Positions 49,668 to 62,315 of a DNA stretch of 64,000 nucleotides are shown piece after piece. The notes below the pieces were generated by a model, which was not told the DNA's origin, searched no databases, and saw only the letters and a list, made by a program, of their open reading frames with translations. Source of the stretch: Callorhinchus milii (taxonomy: Eukaryota); assembly GCF_018977255.1 (NCBI RefSeq), contig NW_024704742.1, positions 70,744,001-70,808,000 on the forward strand, in the 5' to 3' direction. Numbering within the stretch: position 1 is the first letter of the stretch; every line of letters begins with the position of its first letter. The position numbers and the translations under genes were made by a program.

Positions 49668-52600
49668 CGTTTTTTTTGGTCAGCCGCGTGTCTGACACAT
49701 GCAGAAACCCATCCCCATGCTTAAGAGTATCCAAACCAAACTGAGAATTCCATGCATCCCACCTACACATTGAAATTCCAAAGATATTCATTGGAAAGGA
49801 AAGCGGACTCTCTCCCTGGAGGGACACATCCTGCTTACCTAATTCCAGAGTATTGGGTGCAGGTTGGCAAGAGCCAAGGCTTGGGACCCAAGAGTGTGGT
49901 TGAGGTAAATGCTGGAACCCAACCAGCTAAAACTGCACAGCTTGCCATTGATATTGCTGTCTGGCAAGCTTTCCCGCTGCTTGTCCTGCTTTGAAGACTA
50001 CCTGGTGGCTGTATGAGGGTGTGTTATTTCATCTCTATCTGGCCCAGTAAACTGCTTTGTCTGGTAGGGAATAATAATAATAATCGTTACACTTGATATA
50101 GCGCCTTATCACGTCATCGAGATGCCTCAAAGCGCTTCACAGGATATACTGTAAAGTGAATTGACTGTATTCTGTGGGCGAAAAGATTAAGAGAATTAAG
50201 GAGAGGGGGAGTGAGAGAAAACGAGAGAGAGAGAGAGAAAAGCGAATGAGAGAGGGGAGAGGGAGCAAGATAGAATGAGAAAGAAGAAACAAGACATGAG
50301 ACTGAGAGAGAAAGAAAGCAAAACAAGTACAAGAGAACAAGAGAGAGAGAGAGAATGTGAGTGAGGGATAGAGAGAAAAGTGAGGGAGAGAAAGAGAGTG
50401 AGGGAGGGAGAGTGTGATGGAGGGAGAGAGAGTGAGAGATAGAATGAGAGTGAGGGAGGGAGAGAGTGTGGGAGAGAAGAAAGCATGGAAGAATTAAGGA
50501 GAAAGAGAGAACAAGACACAGAGGGTGAGAATAAGACAGGGAATCAGTGAGAGAACGACAGAGACACTATCATCACACAGTGTTTGTGAAAGAGTTTGTA
50601 TGACAGCGAGAGAGAATGAGAAAGGCTGAGAGAGACTGAGTGAAAGTGTGAGAATGAGAGTTTGAGAGATAGAGTGGGGCAGAATGATAGAGTGTAAGAG
50701 AGAACGAGAGAAGTTGAAGAAGAATGAGAGTATGAGAGAATAAAATGTATGAGAGAAATAGTGTGAGACAATAAGAGAGACTGAGACAGAACGAAAGATA
50801 GTGAGAAAGAATAAGGGAGAATGTGAGATAGAGAATGGTAGCAAAATTAAGAATGAGAGAGTGAATTTTTTTGTCAGTTGAGTGGCCGACCCACGCAGAA
50901 ACCCATCACCGTGCTTAAGAGAATCCAAACCAGACCAGAGTTCCCCATATGTATGTCACCTACAATGTTTCAAAAGAAATGTACATTCTCTCCATAAAAA
51001 GGATACTCTGTTTATTTAATCCCAGAGAATGCTTGGGGACCCCAGAGTATGTGTTGGGATAACAGCTAGAGTATAACCAGCTGAACCACACGACTCGTCA
51101 TTGATATCCCTGTCTGGCAAGATCTCCCATTGTTAGTCCAGTTAGGACCACCCTACCCTTTGGAGCTTTGGCTTACAGGGTTAACAGGAGCTGAGTGGGA
51201 GGATTCCCCGCCCCCAGTGACTGGTCTGCCCTTCCAAGTCCTGCGATGAGCCAGGCTGGGCTGTGCTGCCATCAGCAGTGCCCTGGAATACTGCAGATCG
51301 CCCTGGTTCAGGAACTAAACTAAAGACAGTCACAGAGGGTGGGCTCGATTCAGACATTACATTGACAAACATGTCATCTTGGAGCCAGTTCAAGTCCAAG
51401 GAGACCCTGCTTACCTCCCCCCAAAGAGGATAGTCACTAGTTGGTCATTTGTCATCTGACAAGCACGGGTTTGAGCTCTCACTAGGTGGATGGTCGATAC
51501 CAGGAACTCCCTGCTAGTTTCCTGTTGGGCAATACATCTCAGCACAAAATGTTTGAGAGCATTGCCATCATCTTCCTATCCACAGCTCGGGCACACATCC
51601 CTTCCCATTGAGCAATGGTTTCACCAGTTGGAGGTTTAGGGCTTGAGCAGCAGCTGTGTATCTGCCTTCAGCTTGGTGGGAGGACCTTTACAGGACAGCT
51701 TGTGACGTGACAACCACTGTGATGCTCTAGAGGTCCAACTCCAGTGCCATGCAGGGGCTCACTCAACACCATAATCCTTGCACTTGATATAGCGTCTTAT
51801 CATGTTGTTGAGACATCTAAAAGCACTTGACAGATTATATTGTAAAGTGACTTAACTGTGTATTTTGTGAGTGAAATGCGGCAGATAATTGCGCACAGCA
51901 GTGTCCCACAGTCGTAGATTGAGTGACCAATTTTTTGGGGGGACTGATTATAATAATAATAATCCTTGAATTTGATATAGCGCTTTTCACGTCGGGAGGA
52001 CGTCCCAAAGCGCTTCACAGAATACACTGTAAAGTGAATTGACTGTATATTTGTGGGCGAATGCGGCAGCCAATGTCCCACAAACAGTCGTAGATTGAAA
52101 ATGACCAATTTATTATTGTTTTGGGTTTTTGGAGGGATTATTATTAGGCGTGTGGAGTAAGGAAACTTGCCCAAGGTTTCGCCCTGCCTGGAATTGAACT
52201 CAGGTCTCTCGCTTGCAAAGCGAGTGCTCTAACCACTGAGGACTCCACAGCGGATTATTGATCCATAAGACAATCTGCAAATCGACTAACAACCGGGCTC
52301 CTAGTTACTGCTAGGTAAACAGAGCCGTGTGGCATAAGGAAAATTGCCCAAGGTTTCGTCCCGCCTGGGAATCAAACCTAGGTCGATTGATATCATGCCT
52401 GTGAAATTTTGCACAATATTTAAGAAATAAAAACATCGTCCAAACCAGAAGTGGATTAAAAAAAATTCCACATATTAAATTTTAAGACAAAATGACACTT
52501 GTCAGAACAATGGAATTTGTAGAGTTGATTTAGTATTCAGTTTGATCTACTTTGCAGATCTTTAAGAACTTCACAGTGAACTGCTGCCAAAGTGTAGTTT

Positions 52601-54994
52601 CTGTGTATGCTGTATGCATGCTATGTGTCAGCCTGGTTCAGTGGTAGCGCTCTTGCTTCTGAGTAATAAGGTTGTGGGTTCAAGCCCCCATGTCGGGATT
52701 TGGAATCACATAGTCTAAGATGACGCTCCAATGCAATGCTGCAGTTGTGTTCCATTGTCGGCGATGCCGTTGTTCAGATGAGACATAAACCAAGGTCCCA
52801 TCTATCTGTTCAGGTATTAAAGATCCCATGGCACTAATCGGAGAATAGTTTCCATGTCCTGACCAACAATCCCCCAGATAAAATTGTTCACTGACTGTTT
52901 GTGGGACATTGCTGTATGCAACTGGCTGCCATGTTTTTCTCACAAAATACACAATGACTCCACTTTACAGTATATCCTGTAAAGCACTTAGTGGCATCTC
53001 AATTATGTGATAGGGCACTACATAAAATACAAGGATTATTATTATTAAGCAAACGTGGCAGCCACTTGTACACAGCACAATGTCACAAACAGCCAGGAGG
53101 TGTTTGACTGTTAGCTGGAAGCATTGTCAGTCAGGACTCCGTGAGAGAGAAACTCCCTGCATAGTCTTCACAGATGCACGTGTAAAATGTAATTGGTGAC
53201 TGTGTATTTGCAGTTCAGTGCACAAGAAAGTGACCATCAGACACATTGAATAAACCTTTTAATAAATACCACACAAGGAGGAAGGGAGGGGAGGGAGTGT
53301 AGGAAGGAGGGAGTGTAAGAGGGAGGGAGGGAAGAGAGGAAGGGAGGGAGGCAGGGAGGGAGGGGGAAAAAAGGAGAGAAAGAAGTACAGAATGAAGGAA
53401 AAAAGTGGAAAGAAAGATAGACGGAAGAAGGAGGGAGGGAGGGAGGGAGGGATGCATGCAACCAGTAACATTTTCCATTTCGGAGACTGACTGACTGAAT
53501 GGAACGAGAGAGAAGAGCATATTACAAGACAGAAGCATTTCAACACTGCAAGAAATGAGTATTAAGAGCTGCGTGTCAAATTTCGGCCCCAGGCCTCCTG
53601 GGCAATAGAGAGGGGGCAGGGGCACATTCTGACACAAAGCATCACCACTGTAGAGTGCTCACAGGGCAGAGAATCAGAGCCGGGTGATTAGGATAGGGGG
53701 TGGAGGCAATCAATGCTTGTTAATTTGTGATATTCGCTTACAGAATATCTATTCTCTAATAGTCTTTCCTAACCTTTTCTAATGGAGTCCTGTAGCTCAG
53801 TGGTTAGAGCATTCGCCTCGCAAGCGAGAGATCTGGGTTTGGTTCCTGGCAGGGCGAAACCTTGGGCAAGTATTCTTACTACACACGGCTGATAATATTC
53901 CCTCAAGAAAAAAAAACAATAATAAATTGGTCACTTCAAACCACGACTGTTTCTGGGACACTCATGTGTGCAATTAGCTGTCGCGTTTCGTCCACAAGCA
54001 TACAGTCAAATTCACTTTACAATTTATTCTGTGCGGCGCTTTGAGACGTCTAGAAGACGTAAAAAGCACTATATCAAATGCAATATATATTATATTATAT
54101 TCCCCCATTTTTCTCTTGCTGCCTGAATCTTTTTTTTACAAATTAGACACCCCCACTCCCCTTCCCTTGTCATTTTGGGGTCTTGATTTCCTTATCAGTT
54201 TGTATTGAGAGAACAAAGCAATGTTCTTGAACTTACATTCCATACTGACACACCAATGCAGCAATGGAAGTAGTATGGGTGGGAGAGAAAATGGTGCTTT
54301 ACATTGTCTGAGGTGCTGTCCTTCACAATGAGACATTGAACCGAGATACTATCTACACCTGTCCAGGTGGACGTTAAAGATCCCGCAGCGCTACTGGAAA
54401 AGAGAAGGGAATTTCTCTCTCCCGTTGTCCTGGCCGACAATCCTCCAGATTAATTCACCATTCACCCCATAACTGCTTGGGGTTGCTGCATTTGCCTACA
54501 AAGATAAACAGTTACTAGATTTAATAATTGCTATTAAGGAGTCTTAAACTATTAAGGTGCAAAAAACATACAAGTTAATTAGTTCTTTACACTATTAATT
54601 ATTAATACAGTCAAGAAGTGTTAGAGAGAGCTCCAGAGGGGAGTGAGCAGCAGCATAGACACAATGGGGAAAGAGCAGGGGAATGGGATTAGAGCTTGGG
54701 AAATAGCAAATGTATGGAATTGGAGAAGAGAGCTCCAGTGGGGAGCGGGTACCCTCACTGAAGCACGTTAACCACTACGCTACATGATTCCATATTACAT
54801 ATCTGTAACTTAGAAAGAAAATTTTAAAAATTCCTGTTTCCCTCACAAAATACACAGTCAGTCCACTTTACAGTATATTCTGTGAAACGTGTTGAGAAGT
54901 CTTAACAATGTGATAAGGTGCTACATCAAATGCAAGGATTATTAATATTATTAACTCAGCTACATGTGTGATCAAACCTGTTGCAAACTTCCTT

Positions 54995-56185
54995 TTAGGC
55001 GTTTTCATGATGCTCCCAGGGAATCGGGTCCTGGTCAACCGCAGCTTTAGTGTTCTCTCTGTCCTGCCAGAAGTGGCGAACATCTGGGAGCAGTTGGTCG
55101 ATTGGGCTTTGGCAGATGTCCACATTCTGCAGGGTTGAGATGGTCTGGAGGTGCCCCAAGGCACTGTTTCCTCTTCTCCCTGGTCCTTTCCCTTCTCTCT
55201 CTCCCTCCAGCTCCTCAGAAGTGCTCCTAGGTGCCTGCCTGCATCGAACCGCTGACCAAATATCCCTCAACCCATCCCTGAACTCCCTGGACATGGCAGA
55301 GACTATCACAGGGTTCACTGTGCAACCCAGGAAAAGTAGAACTTGGGAGAGGACCATCAGGGAAACAGGGGGCTTGGAGCTCCCAGTGTCTCTGTGTCTA
55401 AGCCAGATCCAGGTAATCCAATCTGGGAGCCTTAGGAGAGCAAATGCCAAGCTGAGGGCAAGCACCATGATGGAAACCCTCCTGGTCTGGTATCTTGGGT
55501 TGATGGTCCTATTTCTCTGGGGTGTTCCGGGCAGCAGGAGAGCTTTGATGGGGCAAACGATGGAAAAAGCCAGTGGGAGGCAGTAAGCCAAGACAGGGTA
55601 AGCTTTGCTGAAGACCCACATGAACCTTGTGCCGTGGCTGGGCACCTGGAACAAGCAATAGGTGGCTAGCTGGCTCTGCTGTGTGGTGGAGAAGAGCCAG
55701 TGAGGGATGGGCAATAGGATGGAGGCTGTTAAGCCAGACAAAGCCAAGATAGCAGTGGCTGGTTGAGGCTTGAGGTGGTCAGGTTTAGTAGGTTGGCTGA
55801 CTTGCCTGTAACTTGCATGTCCCAAAGCGGCCAGGCAAAAAGCTTTGGTGGTCAACAAGGCTTGTAGGATGTAATCCGAGGACTTGCAAGCCAGGCGCCC
55901 CAAAGTCCAAGTTGGCTTTGAGTAGACAGCGGCTCGGATTGGAAGGCAAAGCAGGAGGATGAGAAAGTCTGTGGAGCTCAAGACCAAGATCCAAGTGTTG
56001 ACAGCCGATCTCCTGCCTTTTCTGAGGTCCATGGTCAAACCCATCGCTACCAGGACATTGCCAGACAAGCCCAGAAGGCAGATCACCCCGAGGATTACAG
56101 GCAAAGAGGTCCTAAAGTCCCCATCCTCCAAATATTGGGATCCCCCGGCCAACTCCAACAGGTCGCTACTGCTGGAGATGTTCAT
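54995..56185 (-). CDS. GPR151: GPR151-like intronless class A orphan GPCR, intact copy (396 aa from MNISSSS)
   Basis: Seven hydrophobic segments. GPR151-type motifs: AGG N-terminus, PIRAAVYSK, CKSSD, LPIPHWLF, SQVLLF...NPVI, MSREFRDGL, LPDVRHFWQDR, DPIPWEH. The track ORF start at 56257 is TTG; the first in-frame ATG is at 56183-85. Confidence 0.92.
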   Translation of the reverse strand: MNISSSSDLLELAGGSQYLEDGDFRTSLPVILGVICLLGLSGNVLVAMGLTMDLRKGRRSAVNTWILVLSSTDFLILLLCLPIRAAVYSKPTWTLGRLACKSSDYILQALLTTKAFCLAALGHASYRQVSQPTKPDHLKPQPATAILALSGLTASILLPIPHWLFSTTQQSQLATYCLFQVPSHGTRFMWVFSKAYPVLAYCLPLAFSIVCPIKALLLPGTPQRNRTINPRYQTRRVSIMVLALSLAFALLRLPDWITWIWLRHRDTGSSKPPVSLMVLSQVLLFLGCTVNPVIVSAMSREFRDGLRDIWSAVRCRQAPRSTSEELEGEREGKGPGRRGNSALGHLQTISTLQNVDICQSPIDQLLPDVRHFWQDRENTKAAVDQDPIPWEHHENA

Positions 56186-59100
56186 TGCGGTGATGTGGTG
56201 AGGAGCTGTCCGCCGTAACTGTGGTGCTGAAAGCGTCCAGAACAGGCATAAAGGCAAGGCAGGTGGTCAGCCTGGGCTGGGATGTGATGGGAAGGGGTGA
56301 CGGGGGGAGAGAGAGAGAGAGAGAGAGGAGGTGAGGGTGGATAGGGAGACAGAGGGAGGAGGCAGGTTTGCTCAGAGACTCTCGTAAGCAGGACACGTCA
56401 AAGCAAAGGGGGAGGTCTATGCATTTTCTCTGAGAAATAGATTTCTAACTCCTACAATCCGCCCATTGAGTCAGGAAGCACTCAATTGGCATCCAGGATT
56501 GTTAACTCTTAGTGTGCCAGGGTCTCTCAGCAATAGCTACCAGGGGAGAGAAATTCCACCAGGGTCCAGATTTTCTCCAGTGATCTAACTCTTTCTGAAT
56601 GAATTGTCCCACACATAGGACTTGCATTTGATACAGCAGTTTTACAGTATATTCTGTGTAGAGCTTTGAGACAACAACAACTTGCATTTATATAGCGCTC
56701 CTCGTGCAGGGCAGCATCCCAGAGCGCTTGACGTCGCAACGATATAATAAGGTGCAAGGATTAATATTATTACCACGTCCTCAAGACAACTTGAAGTGCT
56801 TCACAGATTTTACCGTAAAATGTAGTGACTGTGTATTTTGTGGAGGAAATGCTGCTGCCAGTTTACCCACAGTAAAGTCTCACAAACAGCCATGAAGTGA
56901 ATGAACGATTTTATCTGGGGGATTGTCGGCCATGACACCAGGAGAGAGAAACTCCCTTTTCTTTTTGAATAGCGCCGCGGGATCTTTAACATCCACCTGA
57001 AACGAAACAGACCGAAGCTCAGTTTAACGTCTCATCCAAAGGACAAAATTAATAATGATTTTTGTATTTGATTTTGTATCTTACAGCACTCTGAGATGCT
57101 ATCCTGCATTAAGTGTGCTATATTAATGCAAATTTTTGTTGTTAAATTCATCAAAATGTCTCAAAGCACTTCACAGGATTGTTACTGTAAAAGTGTATTG
57201 CCTGTGTATTTTGTAGGCAAAAGCAGCACCCTATTTCTACACAGCAATGTCCCATAAATAATAATAATCTTTGCATTTGATATCGCACCTTATCATGGTG
57301 TTCAAGACATTTTAAAGTGTTTCACAGAATATATTGTACAGTGAATTGACTGTACATTTTATGGGAGAAACATGGCAGCCAATTGCACACAGCAGTGTCC
57401 CACAAACTATCGAGAATTGAATGACCAAATTATTAGTATTATTTTTGAAGGGATTATTATCCCAGAAAAGCGATCCGTTAATCAACTATACTTAAAGACA
57501 GAAGACCAATTGGCCCATTGTGTCTGTGCTGGCTCTTTTAAAGAGCAATCCTTTCATACGTAATTTCGTTTTCAAGAGTCAATCAACTCTGAGACACTAC
57601 CCTGCATGGAGGGTGCTATAAGTGCAAGTTGTTGTTGTAATTTACCTGCCTTTTCCCCACACCCCTGCAGTTTATGCCTTTCTAGGTAAATAAAGGTTCC
57701 CTTTTGAAAACTAAAATGGATTCTGCCTGAACCACCTCTCCCATCAGGACATTCCATGTCCTAACCATTCTGTGTGAAAAAAAATCCTAACCTCCCCATT
57801 TGCTCGTTTACTAACTGTCTTAAATTGATGCCCTCTAGTCACTGACTCAATAACCAGTGGAAATATAGTCTCCCGATTGATTGCCTATATACCAAAACCC
57901 CTCATCATTTTAAAGACTTTGATAAATGTCACCCCTCAATCGTTTTTGTTCCAATGGAAAACATTTCAGATCCTCCGGTCTCTGTTCTGAAATAATAATT
58001 CTTGCATTTGATATAGCGCCTTATCACATCATTGAGATGCCTTAAAGCACTTCATCGAATACACTGTAAAGTGAATTGACTGTATATTTTTGTGGGCGAA
58101 ATGCAGCAGCGAATGGATTGTGTGACCAAATTATTATTACTTAAATCCTGTATTAATAGAGTAAACCTAAATGGAATTTCAATCTCAATAGTGTCAGTCC
58201 TACCATTAAAGACTTATTTTATGTGTCTCTGTGGAATACATTTCATTATGCTGTGTGTTGTCTCTATATAGAAAAAGATTAAGAGGTGACCTGATTGAAG
58301 TCTTGATGATTCTGAAGGATCATGATAGGGTGAATAGTGACAGGTCATTTCACTCGTCACAAGTTAGTTATGACCGGGCACAAATTTAAGACAATGATAA
58401 AGAGGGAAATTAAAGGGGAGGTGACAACTTGGATTCTCTGTCATCAATCCAAATTGAAGCAGAGTCTGTTAATTTTTTTTAAAAGGGAGGGAGATAGATG
58501 CTTGATAAGGATGAATATTAAAGGGATGTGTAATAGTCATAATAATATTATTCCTTGCATTTGATGTAGCACCTTTTCATGTCGTTGAGATGTTTCAAAC
58601 CCTCTTCGCAGGATTTTAATAATAATAATAATCCTTGCATTTGATATAGCACTTTATCATGTTGTTGAGTCGTCGCAAAGCATTTCACAGAATATAATGT
58701 AAAACAAATTGATTGTGTATTTTGTGGGTGAAATACGGCAGCCAATTAAACATAGCAGTGTCCCACAAACAGTCATAGATTAAGTGACAAAATTATTAGT
58801 TATTGTTGTTACTGGGTGGAGTGTCACCATGGAGGATGGGCTTGATTCCCAACATTCTTTTACCGAGCATGTCACCTTGGAGCCAGTTCAGCTCGGCGGA
58901 GACCCAAGTTGATAGTCATGACTCGATCACTAGTTACAAAATCTTTGTACAAAACAGCTAATATTGCATCAGGCTCTTGCAAACTACGAGCATCTGTTAA
59001 GTGAATCAAAGGAGAAGAAATCGGTTACTTGCCAAACATTAATCACATTGAAAGACGACGGTCTTATCGCTAAAGCTTTGAGACTGATATTATCACTGCT

Positions 59101-62100
59101 CTGCTGTGTACAATGGGACGAGATTGTGGAATCTTGTAGCATAGTGGTTAGTACGCTCGACTCACAAGCGAAAGGACCCAAGTTCAATTCCTGGGCAGGG
59201 TGAAACCATAGGCAAATTTCCTTACTCCACACGCCTCTGTTTATCTTGTTGTTACATGTTGTTTAGCAGTAAGTAGGAACCCAGTTGTTAGTCAATTAGT
59301 GGATCGGTTTCCGGTGGAGGTAAAAATCCCTCCAAAAAATAAATAAATAACAACAATAATTTGATCACTCAATCCATGACTGTTTGTGGGACACCGCTGT
59401 ACACAACTGGCTGCCGCATTTCTCCTACAAAATATACAGTCAATTCACTTTACAATTGATTCTGTGAAGCGCCTTGAGTCGTCTCAATGATGTGATAAGG
59501 CACCATATTAAGTACAAGGATTATTATTATATTGATGGGTACAAATTGGCTGCTGCGTTTTCCCACAAAATGCACAGTCACTACACTTTACAGTATATCC
59601 TGTGAAGCTCTTTGGGACGTCCTCCTGATGTGAAATGTGCTGTATCAAATGTAAGCATTATTACTATCATTATTATGTTCCCTCCCAAATTTGTTCAAGT
59701 GATTTCAACTGCTGATCCTGAATCCAAGTAATTGATGCCAGTTCCATGAATCTCAGCTTCCAGGTAAAACCATTCAAACAAAGTCAGGGGGTAGGGAGAT
59801 TCTCCTTTGCTGCAGTTACAATGGTTGAGCCCTGACCAGCCCACAAAAATAATACCAATGACAACATTCCCTGTATTTAATAATTCTTACATTTGATATA
59901 GCATAATATCATGTCGTTGAGACGTCTCAAAGTGCTTCACAGAATATACTGTACATTGGATTCACTATGTATTTTGTGGGTGAAACACGGCAGCCAATTA
60001 CACAAAAAACCCCACCAACAGCCATAGATTGAATGACCACATTTTGTCTTGAGGGATTATTATCCCCAAAAAATGATCCACCAATCGACTAACATTCTTA
60101 CTTACTGCTCGGTAAGCAGAGACGTGCGGAGTAAGAAAATTTGCCTAAGGTTTGGCTCCGCCAAGGAATCGAACTCAGGTCCTCTCGCTTGTGAGGCGAG
60201 CACACCAACCACTTGGCTCCGGGACTCCATTTAACACCACGCTGGTCAAAATGTCTCAAAGTCTTTCAGAGTTTTCTGTACAGTGTATTAATTACTGTAA
60301 GTGGCCCCTACCAAACGGCCAGTTCCCTCCGCTCAGCAGGCTCCGGCCTGCATCATGTCCCCTGCCTCGCCCGCCCCACCATTGGCGGGCGGAATTCAGC
60401 CACTTTGCCCCCACCGACTGAAACTCCAACCCACAGTCCCTCTGCCTCACCCCCTCCCTTGCCTCCTTCAAGACCCGTCTCAAAACCCTCCTCTTCGACC
60501 GTGCTTTCAATCACCCTCTTTCCCCGCTGCCCTCCACCCTCCCAGATCCCGACCCCCAGCTCGGGGCTGAAAAGCTGAATGTCCAGCATCTTGGGACATC
60601 CTCCCAATGTGAAAGCCGCTATACAAATGTAATGTTGTTGTTGTTTGTTGCTGTTGTTGTATATTTGTATTATTATTATTATTATTATCATTTGTAGTTG
60701 AACACAGCAACAATTTGTGCACAGCAACAGGTGGGAAATCAATGATCAATTTAACTGTAAGATTGTCAGTCAGAGTAACGAGATTAAAATAGAGAGCACC
60801 AGTGTGGGGAGGGAGCACCAGCACAGACACGATGGGGAGAGAGCAGGGAATGGGATTAGAGTAGAGAGCTCCAGTGGGGTAGCGAGCACCAACACAGACA
60901 CGATGGGGAGTGACAGGGTTGTGAGAGACTAAACAGACTTCTGGCACAGATAAAGTGGGACAAATAGCTTCCCTCTGTGCTGTAACAATCTGTGATTTTC
61001 TGATGTTGGCGAGTCCATGAACCAGAGACGTCTCAGTGTGAGTCTAAATGCTGTGGTTGTGAAATGTGTAAATACAGCAACCAATCTGTGCCAGCAGACA
61101 ACTCTGCAGCCATGGGAACTCGGTGCCGGGGGGGAGCAGGAGGGGAGGGGAAGACAATCATGGGCACAAGCCCACAGAGCGCTGTCTGACCCAGGTCTCT
61201 ACTTGTCACGGGCCAGCAAGGCTCCGCAGTCCATTAAGACAAGAGGGACTGATTATTGGAATAATAGTAATAATCTTTGCATTTGATACAGCACCTTTCA
61301 CAAAGTGCTTCACGACATTTACTGTTAAGTGCAGTGACTGTGTTTGTAGGCGAACGTGGCAGCCAGCTTTGCACACAGCAACATCTCCCCAAACAAACAT
61401 GAAGTGAGTGATCAATTTTATCAGGGAGAAGGCGAGGGATTATTAGTCAGGACACCAGGAGAAAATTCCTTTTCTTTTTGAATAGCTCATAATAATATAA
61501 TAATCCTTGTATTTGATATAGCGTCTTATCACGTCGTTGAGAACACCCACAACCACCACCCCACACAACACCCCCCCACACCCACACACACACCCCCACA
61601 CACCCACACACAACCACCCCCCACACCACCACCACCACACACCACACCACCCCCCCACCACACACTCCTCCCACACCCACACACCCCCCACACCCACAAC
61701 CCCCCACCACACACCACCCACACCCACAACACCCCCCCACCACACACACCCCACACCCACACCACCCCACCCCACACACCCCCACCCACACACCCCCCAC
61801 CACACCACCCCCCCACCACACCCCCCACACCCACAACACCCCCCACACCCACAACACCCCCCACACCCACAACACCCCCACCCCCACACCACCACCCCAC
61901 ACCCACCACACACCCACCCCCCACACACCCACCCCCCACCCACCCCCCCCACACCACACCCATCCCACACCACCCCCACCCCACACCACACCCCCCCACA
62001 CACACACCCCACCACACACCCCACCCACAACACACACACACCCACAATGTGCGGGAAAAACTCCTTTGTGGAGGGTGCTGATTTAAAAAAAATTTAACCA

Positions 62101-62290
62101 GAAAAACTCCCCTTTCCTTTTTAAGTACCTATCAAATTCCCTTTTGAAAGCCCTAAATCTGCTGTTCTGGCGCTACCCCATGTAGGAGGTGACATGTTAA
62201 TATCGGGCTACTTTTTGGTGGGCTTTGGGCTACAGACTTTACTTTTAATTTCTGGCCAATCCCAGGCTTGCCAAAAATTAAGAATACATT

Positions 62291-62315
62291 NNNNNNNNNN
62301 NNNNNNNNNNNNNNN
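62291..62315. other. Assembly gap (25 N)
   Basis: Run of N in the sequence. Confidence 0.99.

Noticed and set aside
56186..56257. 24-aa N-terminal extension of the GPCR in the ORF track
   Set aside because: It starts at TTG rather than ATG, and GPR151 homology begins at MNIS.
61443..62097. G/V/W-rich and H/P/T-rich ORFs
   Set aside because: They come from low-complexity sequence beside the assembly gap that is absent from the duplicate copy.
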